A model generated the notes under the pieces. The model had not been told where the DNA came from. It did no database searches and saw nothing but the letters and a program-made list of their open reading frames with translations. The position numbers and the translations under genes are program-made. This document shows, one piece after another, positions 49,629 to 60,558 of a stretch of DNA of 64,000 nucleotides. Every line of letters starts with the position of its first letter. Within the stretch, counting starts at the first letter, position 1. This DNA is from Negaprion brevirostris (taxonomy: Eukaryota): NCBI GenBank assembly GCA_030324005.1, contig JARDVH010000115.1, positions 39,554,587 through 39,618,586 of the forward strand, written 5' to 3'.

Positions 49629-49957
49629 CATAGAATCATAGAATTGTACATGCAAAAGGAGGCCATTCAGCCCATTGAGTCAGCCCTAACCACAATCCCA
49701 CCCAGGCCCTATCCCCATAACTCCACGCATTTACCCTAGCTAGTCCCTCTTACACTAAGGGACAATTTAGCATGGCCAATCCACCTAGCCCGCACATCTC
49801 TGGACTGTGGGAGGAAACTGGAGCAGCCAGAGGAAACCCACACAGAGACAGGGAGAATGTGCAAACTCCACACAGACAGTGACCTGAAGCAGGAATTGAA
49901 CACAGTTCCCTGGCGCTGTGCGTCAGCAGTGCTAATCACTGTGCTATCATGCTGCCC
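49629..49957 (-). mobile_element. V-SINE (HE1-like), near full length
   Basis: Reverse head gggcagcatgatagcacagtgattagcactgctg, B box gttcaattcc, tail (TCTATGAT)n. Confidence 0.92.
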
Positions 49958-50141
49958 TTTAATTTTGTTGTATTAGCTGAATTCTCTCCACTTCACTAAG
50001 TGCCACATTTGTTACTAAGTTTAAAATATTATTCCAAGAGGAAGTCGAAAGAAAATTTAAATCCTTTGAAATAAAGAAACAGATATGAATTCCAGGTGCT
50101 TCAAAATATACCTGGTTTTGCTAATCTCTTTGTCTCTTCAG

Positions 50142-50227
50142 GGGTCCAATAGCAAATGCTGACTGTAAGGCGAGCCACGGGCAGCTGGAGGTGTCGCGGG
50201 AAAAAAGCTTACTAATATGGGTCATCG
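50142..50227 (+). CDS. AP5M1: AP5M1 coding exon 5 ([29 protein letters not shown])
   Basis: tctcttcag|G acceptor, G|gttagt donor, 86 nt. Matches human [17 protein letters not shown]. Confidence 0.95.
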
Positions 50228-51684
50228 GTTAGTTCAACTGTTCTATTTTACTTAATTTTATTCACGAAACAGAAGTTCTTTTGTAAGATTAACTGTAGTC
50301 ATTCGTGAAACTTTTTCTTTTAAATGTTAGCCTTCAATATAAAGAAATTAACCTTGCATTTAATCACACAGATCAGTTAACATATTGTTAAACAATCCAC
50401 CACTGAAGCTACTAGCAATGTCATCAACGGAACTACTTTTAATAACTCGTGTGACACAGGGAAACCTGACTCAATTTTCCCTCTATGATTGCAGCAATTC
50501 CAACTTTACTAATAAATAGAAAGTTCTTTATACAATCCACAATTTATAAACCACACGTTAATACCCAAATCTATGAACATTTAATTGTGTGCCATTCACT
50601 CAATATGCTTCAGTAGTCCAGCAATGGAGGAAACATTTTTAAAATGCAGGGGATACCTTAAGTTCATTTCCCGCATGCTGGTGACTTCAAATTGGCCTGT
50701 GCTCTGTAGTGGAGCTATTTGCTCAGCAATATCATCAGTGTTACTATTAAATTACACATTTATTATTCACAAGATGTCTGCTTGTTCACACAGAGAGGAG
50801 ATTATTTGTGAAAGTGGAATGAGATAAATTGTCCAAACATAAATGAGTTGTATACTCAGGATGTCTGAGCGTTTCATGTGATCTTAGCATTATTTTGTTT
50901 TATAGTCGGGGAAGAATTGTATGTTTGGATCTTCCCCTTACATGACACAAACAGCAGATTAATTTACAATAACTTCAAAAAATGCTTCAAATTCACCTGT
51001 GCCTGTTTCCTTCAACAATTAGAGAAATTATATTCTCCATGTTGGTATATATTTGTTGAACAAGTAATTGAATACAGAGTTGTTGCAGTGCAGAAGGTGG
51101 CCATTTGGCCCTTTGTGTCTGCACCAGCTCTCCAAAAGAACATCATGGTTTAGTGCTATTCATCTGCCTTTTCCCTGTACCTTGCGCATAATAAAGCCAA
51201 TTTATTTTGTTCTCCATTTTAAAAAGTTCAGAACTTTTTATCTGATTTCAGATATTTATAATTTGACTGGTTTCTAGCATATTCTTAATGTTTGATTAAT
51301 AAAGATTACTATGATAATATATAGGTGAATCTACATATTCATTGCCTGACTTTTCTAACCACTCAACTCAGTTTACACAGCTGATTATTCCCGCTATTGG
51401 GCTAACTTTCTATAATGGAACAGAAAACCCTTTGGAAAGTTGAAGCTTCTGTGCTCTTTATTGACCTGTAAAGTTGTTGGAAAGCCTTAAAATTGATTTT
51501 TTTATATAGAAATTTTCAAATCCAGTGGTTAATGTGACAATGAGAATTAATTTTGAGATTGATTATTTTGATGACTCAATAAGAATATTTTCTCGAATAG
51601 CAATACATTGAATATTAGGAAGTATTTTACTGCATTGAGTATTATGAATATATTGCAAATGCTGTTGGCTTTGTGTGTGTTTAG

Positions 51685-51800
51685 GTCAGAAATTCCCCAA
51701 ATCTTTGGAAGTATCTTTAACTGGTGTAGTAATGTTTCCTGCAAAGCATTCCATGCAGCCAACTGATCCATTTTGCACAGGACTTACTGCATATGTTAAG
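51685..51800 (+). CDS. AP5M1: AP5M1 coding exon 6 (QKFPKSLEVSLTGVVMF...DPFCTGLTAYVK)
   Basis: tttag|GT acceptor, AAG|gtttgt donor, 116 nt. Matches human QKFPKSMEISLSG...DPICTGETAYLK. Confidence 0.95.
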
Positions 51801-53529
51801 GTTTGTAGATTGGTACTTTACTTTTAAAATGATTACCTCAACTTATCGTTTGAAGAAGTTAAGATTTAACATGTCTACATTTTAACTAATTCAGATTATG
51901 CAAAGAAAGCTTGCAATTTGGGTAATGTTCCTGTGTTCCATTTTAGTTGTACAATATGTTTTACTGATAATTATACAGTTGCTGCAGCACTTTGTAATGG
52001 GTGAGTACAAAAGGATTAATTGTGGGGAATATTTGCCATAATTAGTAGATACATTGACCACCTATTAAAATCTGTTCAATTGGTGACTGCAGCTACATTT
52101 TAAACCACACTGTGCAATAAAAACCTACAGCATTAAGAATGTTGTAATCAAAAATCGCTTGTCATTATCTTTGATGATGAAAACTGTATGTATCCTCTCA
52201 ATTTTTACTAATGCCACACTGACAATTTCAGTCCAGTTCAGCTTTCTGAATTCAAAATGATGAAAATAATGTTCAGCTAAAACCTTGCGTAATGTACAAA
52301 ATAAATACTGCCATTAGCTAAATTGTCAAAATCATTTTTAAACAGTGATCAAAATTCCAAACAGTGAGCATGGCTTTGATTTTCATATAAACATTAATTG
52401 CTGTAAGTTCTGACTAGGTGTAGTTAATTCCTGAAACACAAAAAAAAGTAATTATTCACATTTTGTAGACTGGTGTAAGTGGATTAGTAGTTTTTAGAAT
52501 AGGGAGATGTATGTAAAAGAGATGGCTTTTTGGATTCTTGAACACAATCATTTAATTATCTCTGGTTTTGAAAAGTTAAGTTATAAAATGGTTCTTCCCT
52601 GTTTTTACTTAATCTTGGGCAACATAACTTAGTCTCGTGTAAGATATGATAAAGGATGTCTAAATGAGCTCATTTACCATAGGAATTAATGTATTTATAA
52701 GGTTGTTTAAAATGTTTAGAAGTGTTTGTACTAACTTCCAAAAACCTTAGAAGGGAGTTAACTGTTCAGATAACTTGAAACGTTGTGAGTTCAAAGGAAA
52801 CCTTTAATTAAGCAATGTATAACCACACAAATTTAGACTGAACAAGAACTTTAAACACGGCAATGAGTTAAGTATGTCATTTATTCCAAGAAAATGCTGA
52901 TTTATTTCTCCATAATACGTTGTTTGTATAGATTTTCTAGACAAATTTGAAACCTATTCAGTGCAGCACACAAGAAAGAACTTTATAAAAATGAGTTGGT
53001 TAAAAGTGCGAATCCATTCAAGTTTCTGGAAATGCGGAGGTGGGAGGGGGATGGTATAGTGGGGTGTGATTGTGGTGGCTAACTTTAAGTTGGATTAGTA
53101 TTAGGAAACAAGTATAATCTTATTAACTGAATCCGATGATTTGTTTCAGAAAATCTTCTTGAAATGAGATACCCAAAATGTAATTCACGTCTTTCAACGA
53201 GGTGGTAACTTAAATCCGTCATATCTAACAGCTAAAAATAGAAAAGGCGTGTAACTTGGACTGGAGTTAATCTCTTATCCTACAGTTAGCTGAGTACACT
53301 GAACCTGTTGAACAGCTGATTTGTTAATATCCCAATTACAAAACAATGTAGAGTTCAGCTGGCTGGAGAAGAAATTCATTGTGGCAAGTGAGGGTAGATA
53401 AGAAACAAGCTAAATAGTGGAAAGTTTTCAAAGTAGACTTTGACAGGATAATAAAACCTGACTGGTCTCATTTTGTCCTGAAGCTATTAGTTAATCTTTT
53501 ACTTTCTTGCTTCTATTTTATCGCCCCAG

Positions 53530-53626
53530 CTTTACTTTCGAATCCCAGATTATACACTGACTGGTTGTTATGTGGACCAACATTCTGTGCAAGTGTACTC
53601 ATCAGCAAAGCCCAGAATCATCACAT
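53530..53626 (+). CDS. AP5M1: AP5M1 coding exon 7 ([33 protein letters not shown])
   Basis: ccccag|CTT acceptor, T|gtaaga donor, 97 nt. Matches human [22 protein letters not shown]. Confidence 0.96.
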
Positions 53627-53929
53627 GTAAGATTCAATTGTTTTCCTGTATTTAAGCCATGAACATTTTTTAATTGTCTTCTAGCCAGAATAGATTTTAC
53701 CTGCAGGGGTCAGTCTTGCCTGCTTTTATGTAGCTGAAAGCAGTGTGCTCTGGCACAGTGAGGAGAATATTGGCATGTCGTTCATATTGTCAAGACTTGC
53801 AATTGCCTGATAAAATAAGTCCAATTCAGCATAAAAAGTGCTGCAAGCTTTAATCATTATCTAATGATTATGGTAGGTAGAATTATTGATCCTCACTCTC
53901 TCACCCCCTCACCCCAATTTGTAAACATT

Positions 53930-56900
53930 TTAGGTTCTTTGCTGTCCCTGTATCATATACCATTGTCCCTCAATTTGCTGATGATGTCTATTCGGGATCA
54001 AGAATGTCTGTCATGGGTCTTCATGTGACTGAATAGATCAATTCTCAACCCATGGGTCTTTGGGCACATGAAGTGTGGCATCCCACAAGCTGATGGGATT
54101 GGAATAGCAGGATTTATTTCCTATTCTTTCCTTTCCTGTTGCCACTCTGCCCTATCACTGAAATGTTGTGACTCGAGGCACGAGTGAAGGACAAGTTCTC
54201 TATCTTAATCGATTATGCATCAGTCTCTCCAGTTATTAATGCTGCTGCTGACACACTTTAAGGAGAGCTTCAGAGTGTCTTTGAAATGTTCATTTTTTTT
54301 GTCCTGCCCTGAAAATTTGGTTATTTGGAGAACAGGACCTGGTGGGGGAAGACTCTTCTTGGCTGTCCAGATACAGTGTCCAGTCCATCAAAGTTGATTT
54401 TGCAGAAGTTTTGCCTGAATTCTTGTGGAGCTGGATTCAAGAGGATGCTAGCATTTGTTTGGTGATCCTACTATTGAAAATGGAAGATTGCTGATGGAAT
54501 ATCTCTGGTATGAGTGATATAGTGGTATTATCACTGGACTAGTTACCCAGAGACCCAGGATAATGTTCTGGAATCCTGCATTTGAATCCCACCATGGAAG
54601 GTGGTGGAATTTGAATTCAAAAGAAAATCTGAATTAAAAGCCTAATAATAACCATGTCATTAAAAACCCAACTGGTTCACTAATGTCCTTCCGGGAGGGA
54701 AACCTGCCATCCTTACCTGGTCTGGTCTGCATGTGATTCCAGACCCACAGCAATTGGTTGATTCTGAAATGTCCTCTGAAATACATCCATCTGTTACGAA
54801 GTGCGAAAAAAATTAACTTGGATGCACCCTGCCCCCCGCATCGATCTAAACAATAGAAACAGCAACAAAAACATAGCCATGTCAACCCTGCAAAGTCCTC
54901 CTTACTGACATTTGGAGCTTGTGCCAAAATTGGGAGAACTGTCTCACAGACTAGTGAAGCAACAGCCTGACTTAGTCATACTGACAGAATCATACCTCAC
55001 AAATAATGTTGAAGACATCACAATCATCTCCTGTAGGTATGTCCTGGTTGAACAAAAATTCAGGAGGGAGAATCAAGAGCAACACCAGGCATACCCAAAA
55101 ATGAAGTGTCCATCTGGTGAAGCTACAACACAGGATTACTTGCACACCAAAAAGCATAACTAATAAGTGATAGAGCTAAGCGATCCCACAATCAACAGAT
55201 CAGACCTAAGCTCTGCAGTCCACATTCGGCCATGAGTAGTGGTGATCAATTAAATTCCTGTCTCGAGGAGGATGCTCCCACAAATATTCCCATCCTCGAA
55301 TGATGGGGGAGCTCAGCAAATCTGTGCAGATGAGATAATTCTGAAGCACTTGCAACAGTCATCAACCAGATGAGTGGATAATCCATTTTGGCCTCCTCTG
55401 GAGGTCCCCAGCATCACTGGTGCCAATCTTCAATTCTATTCACTCCAAGTGATATCAAGAAACAGCTGAAGGCCGTGATTTACTGTAAAGGCTTTGGGCC
55501 CTAATGATATCCCAGCAATAGTACTGAAGACATGCTCCAGAACTTCCACGCCCCCTAGTTGAGCTATTCCAGTACAGCTACAACATTGGTATCTATCCTG
55601 TAACAGCTACAACATTGGTGTCTATCCTGTTGGTTGGTTTGGGGAGAACTCTACACTGATTGGAATCATACCTGGTACAAAGGAAGATGGTTGTAGTGAT
55701 TGAAGGTCATTCATCCCAACTCCAAGATATCACTGCAGGAGTTCCTCAGAGGAATGCCCTCAGCCCAACCGTCTTCACCTGCTTCGTCATAAGATGTGAG
55801 GATGTTCACTGCTAACTGCACAATGTTCAGCACCATTTGGGACTTCTTAGATACTGAAGCAGTCCATGACCAAAAGCAACAAAACCTGGACAGTATCAGC
55901 TTGTGCTGGCAAATGACATTCTTGCCACACATTCTTCTCCAACAAGAGAGAATCTAACCATCACTTCTTGACATTTAATGGCTTTTCCATCACAGAAACC
56001 CCCACTATCAACATCCTAGGGGTACTGTTGACAAGAAAATCTACTAGACTAGCCATTTAACTACTGTGGCTACAAAAGCAGATCAGAGGCTAGGAATCCT
56101 GCAGCAAACAACTCACCTCCCAACTCTCCAAAACCTATCCACAAACTACAAGGCACATCAGGATTGTGATGGAATACTCTCTCCTTGCCTCAACAGCATT
56201 CAAGAAGCTTGGCACCATCCAGGACAAAGCAGCCCACTTGATTGTCATCCCTTCCACAAGCGTTCACGCCCTTCACCACCAGCGCACCATAGTAGCAGCA
56301 TTATGTACTATCTACAAAATGCACTCCAAGAACTCACCAAGATTCCTTAGCACCTTCCAAGCAAATGACCAATACCATATAGAAGGACAAGGATACCTGG
56401 GAACACCACGACCTGGAAGTTTCAGTCCATGCTACTTACCATCTTAACTTGAAAATATACTGCCATTGCTTCATGTTGCTGGGTCAAAATCCTGAAACTC
56501 CCTCCCTAATAACACTTCTGGTGTACTTACACCACATGGACTGCAGTTCAAAAAGGCAGCTCACCACCACCTTCCCAAGGGTAATTAGGGGTAGGCAATG
56601 AATGNNNNNNNNNNNNNNNNNNNNNNNNNNNNNNNNNNNNNNNNNNNNNNNNNNNNNNNNNNNNNNNNNNNNNNNNNNNNNNNNNNNNNNNNNNNNNNNN
56701 NNNNTGTAGAAAGCTGAACTGGCACACTTGATCTGGTATTGGTTCTTCTCATTAATGGTGGCCTTTTGAGTGAGGTGGTTGCCAGGGTAAAGAAAATACT
56801 CAACATATTCCAGAGTCCCTCCAATGTGCATGGGAGGTGGAATTTTTGGCTGACCGAGTGTTGGTCGATATGAGTTTTGTTTTGACAGCATTGAAGGACA

Positions 56901-56930
56901 GGTCAAGAATCTTGAACTTATAATTTAAAA
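53930..56930 (-). mobile_element. RTE-clade LINE remnant (parts ~53930-54505 and 56705-56930) split by a nested insertion
   Basis: Reverse strand gives GGTLEYVEYF.Y.GNHLTQKATINE...IKCASSAF (ORF 56484-56906) and a degenerate HFKDTLKLSLK-type C-terminal motif. Confidence 0.72.
54512..56604 (+). mobile_element. CR1-group LINE family B carrying a tRNA-SINE-like 5' head, with internal deletions
   Basis: 54512-54781 matches the SINE family 2 head and body. It is followed by EN (LVPKLGELSHRLVKQQPDLVILTESYL), RT (IPAIVLKT.APEL; ITAGVPQ) and the tail caagggtaattaggggtaggcaat before a gap. Confidence 0.8.
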
Positions 56931-57506
56931 GGTCTAAAAGATTTTGGCACAGAGGCAATTCAGGCTAGGCAATATTTAATACTGACACCAGAGGGGGGGT
57001 GATCATTAGTGAGGTGAATGTCATGATCGGGTAGATCATGAATAGTATGGGGATTATCACACTGTCTTGCTTCTCCCTGCTCTTGATTTTGAAGCCATTT
57101 GTTCCAGATCTCCCACTCAAGACAGTTGCAGCTCAAAAGCAGCATTGACAAATGACTGGAAGCCAGCTATCTAATTCTCCCTTTGGTATCATATATCATT
57201 TTTTGGCCAAAAGCACAGTTAAATGGCTGACTTCTGTTATTTTTAAATGGAGCTTTTGAACTAGTTGCTGAAAAGAAACTTCTATACACAAATGGAATAT
57301 AGACTGACACGTATGTAAACTGCCCATTTATTGCAACTTCATAAATTATTAGTTTTTTAGTAATGCCATACTTCTGTTGAGTTGCAATTACTTTTGTCAA
57401 ATGAATGTATTTTCTTTGGTCAATATGTGTTAATCCTGAGTTCTGCATTCCATTGAAATATGACCAACGTGCCTCTGTTAATTGAGTGTCTTTTTTCTTT
57501 TTCTAG

Positions 57507-57589
57507 CCAAGGAACTACTTTCTTCTGAGTACTACATCTGGAACTCCAAAGGTGATGCACCTGTGGCCAGCAGGCCATTGAATTCCTAA
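57507..57589 (+). CDS. AP5M1: AP5M1 terminal coding exon 8 (KELLSSEYYIWNSKGDAPVASRPLNS*)
   Basis: ttctag|CC acceptor, YYIWNSK motif, TAA at 57587-57589. The spliced CDS totals 1479 nt (492 aa plus stop). Confidence 0.96.
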
Positions 57590-57726
57590 TTCAACTGAGT
57601 GTTGGCATATGGACCAAATATTTCAAAACAAAGATAACTGGTTTGATAATTCAGTATTTTTTTAAAAATTGCACTAGTTAAATATTCAGCTGTGTCCCAG
57701 AAGGTAACCTATTTTAAATTGTATAA

Positions 57727-57797
57727 AATAAATGTTTTATGGTAAAGTTTGATCAAGCGATGTACCAGTGCTAAAAATTGTAAATATGATTAATAAA
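57727..57797 (+). terminator. Candidate AP5M1 polyadenylation signals (AATAAA at 57727 and 57792)
   Basis: Two canonical hexamers about 140 and 200 nt after the stop codon, in AT-rich 3'UTR-like sequence. Confidence 0.6.
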
Positions 57798-58734
57798 ACA
57801 TGATGAAAAACTTGTATTTATTATAAATGCTACAAGTTGTAAAATTCTGAAGATTTCTCTCCTCCACTGCTCTGTCAAATACACTTGATTCACTGGGTCA
57901 CAGTTCCACAGGTATTCTCCAGCAAGTTGTCAAAATGACCATTATTATTGTCAGTGTTAGGAGCTTATTCATCAGGTCCTCAGCATCTCACACGTGTGTT
58001 GCCAACATATGTGTTGAAAGAAGGTCTGGACCAGAAACCTTTGATAGATTTTGTATTCTACTCCTCACCCCCCTCCCTGTCAATTGTAGCGTCACTATCC
58101 TNNNNNNNNNNNNNNNNNNNNNNNNNNNNNNNNNNNNNNNNNNNNNNNNNNNNNNNNNNNNNNNNNNNNNNNNNNNNNNNNNNNNNNNNNNNNNNNNNNN
58201 NNNNNNNNNNNNNNNNNNNNNNNNNNNNNNNNNNNNNNNNNNNNNNNNNNNNNNNNNNNNNNNNNNNNNNNNNNNNNNNNNNNNNNNNNNNNNNNNNNNN
58301 NNNNNNNNNNNNNNNNNNNNNNNNNNNNNNNNNNNNNNNNNNNNNNNNNNNNNNNNNNNNNNNNNNNNNNNNNNNNNNNNNNNNNNNNNNNNNNNNNNNN
58401 NNNNNNNNNNNNNNNNNNNNNNNNNNNNNNNNNNNNNNNNNNNNNNNNNNNNNNNNNNNNNNNNNNNNNNNNNNNNNNNNNNNNNNNNNNNNNNNNNNNN
58501 NNNNNNNNNNNNNNNNNNNNNNNNNNNNNNNNNNNNNNNNNNNNNNNNNNNNNNNNNNNNNNNNNNNNNNNNNNNNNNNNNNNNNNNNNNNNNNNNNNNN
58601 NNNNNNNNNNNNNNNNNNNNNNNNNNNNNNNNNNNNNNNNNNNNNNNNNNNNNNAGAATTTACACACGTATGGTAAGTTTCCAGTCCCTGTGTTTTTAAA
58701 GAATAATTGAAGATTTGTATTTCCACCATCAAAG

Positions 58735-60185
58735 TAAGTCATGGAGGTTTACAGCATAGAAACAGACCCTTCAGCCCAAGTTGTCCATGCTGCCCTTTCT
58801 TTCAAACAACTAAGATGATCCCTCTGTCTTTTGCCATCAAATCAATTTTGTACCTATTTGGTTACCTCATCCTGGATCCCATAAGATTTAATCTTATACG
58901 ACAACCGACCTTGTGGTACCTTGTGAAAGGCCTCGCTAAAGTCCATGTAGACAACATCAACTGCACAACCCTCATCTACCTTCTTGGTTACCCCTTCAAA
59001 AAACTCAAATCAAATTTTTGAGATGATTTTCCACCATAAAACCGTGCTGACTGTCCCGAATCAATCCTTGCCTCTCTAAATGCCTGTAGATCCTGTCTGT
59101 TAGAATATCTTACCCAGTACAGATGTAACACTCACAGGCCTGTAGTTCTCAGGATTTTCCCTNNNNNNNNNNNNNNNNNNNNNNNNNNNNNNNNNNNNNN
59201 NNNNNNNNNNNNNNNNNNNNNNNNNNNNNNNNNNNNNNNNNNNNNNNNNNNNNNNNNNNNNNNNNNNNNNNNNNNNNNNNNNNNNNNNNNNNNNNNNNNN
59301 NNNNNNNNNNNNNNNNNNNNNNNNNNNNNNNNNNNNNNNNNNNNNNNNNNNNNNNNNNNNNNNNNNNNNNNNNNNNNNNNNNNNNNNNNNNNNNNNNNNN
59401 NNNNNNNNNNNNNNNNNNNNNNNNNNNNNNNNNNNNNNNNNNNNNNNNNNNNNNNNNNNNNNNNNNNNNNNNNNNNNNNNNNNNNNNNNNNNNNNNNNNN
59501 NNNNNNNNNNNNNNNNNNNNNNNNNNNNNNNNNNNNNNNNNNNNNNNNNNNNNNNNNNNNNNNNNNNNNNNNNNNNNNNNNNNNNNNNNNNNNNNNNNNN
59601 NNNNNNNNNNNNNNNNNNNNNNNNNNNNNNNNNNTTTGTGCCCTCCTGATTTCTCTCTATTCTCTCTATTCCTGAACCCTCTATACTCTTACTCTCTATA
59701 CTCTTCAAGGAATCCACTTGATCCCAGCTGCCTTTGTATGTCATATGCCTCCATCATCTTCTTGACCAGGGCCTCAATATCATGAGTCATCCAGGGTTCC
59801 CAACTTCTACCAGCCTTGCCCTTCACTGTAAAAGGAATATACTTACCCGGAACCCTGGTTAACACTCATTTGAAAGCCTCCCACTATCATTCTCCATAGC
59901 TATATTAAAACTAATGGAACTATGGTCACTAGTCCCAAAAGTGATCCCTCATTAATACTTATATCACCTGCCCTTCCTTATTTCCTAAGAGGAGGTCAAG
60001 TTTTGCCCCCTCTCTGACTGGGCCATCCATATACTAAATGTGAAATTCCTCCTGAATACACTCAACAAGTTCCCCTCCATCCACTATTCTAATACTGTAG
60101 CTGTCCCAGCCAATGTTGGGAAAATTATTTAATAAATAAATACACTTTAATGTTAAAATCCCCTACTATCACCACCCTATTTTCT
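58735..60185 (-). mobile_element. CR1 fragments around gaps
   Basis: Reverse AVDVVYMDFSEAFHKVP, ENPENYRPVSVTSVLGKI and VVIVGDFN motifs. Confidence 0.82.
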
Positions 60186-60207
60186 TGGAACTATCTCCCC
60201 ACATAAT

Positions 60208-60558
60208 TAGAATCATAGAATCCTTACAGTGTAGAGAGAACATTCAGTGCATCGATTCTGCACTGACTCTCAGATAAGAGTATCTTGCCCAGGCCCTCTT
60301 TCCCTGCCATATCCCCACAAATTTATCAAGGCTAATCTATCTAACCTACACAGCTTTGGACACTTAGGGGCAATTTAGCTTAGTCAATCCACCTAAACTG
60401 CACATCTTTGGACTTTGGGGGGAGGTGGGGGTTTGGGGGGGGGGGGGGCGTGCGCAGGGCCCAGAGCACCCGGAGGAAACCAANNNNAAAATCATCCAAG
60501 GCCAGAATTGAACCTGGGTCCCTAGTGCAGCATTAACCATTGTGCTGCTGTGCTGCCC
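60208..60558 (-). mobile_element. V-SINE (HE1-like) with internal G-run and small gap
   Basis: tagaatcatagaatc tail and reverse head ggggcagcacagcagcacaatggttaatgc. Confidence 0.85.

Noticed and set aside
49629-49957. tRNA-like A/B boxes as tRNA genes (also the other SINE heads)
   Set aside because: They are degenerate, show no convincing cloverleaf, and continue into SINE body and tail.
57935-59744. Long ORFs of 214-254 aa in the ORF track (also 26733-27421 and 28909-29520)
   Set aside because: They consist mostly of X from N gaps and are artefacts.
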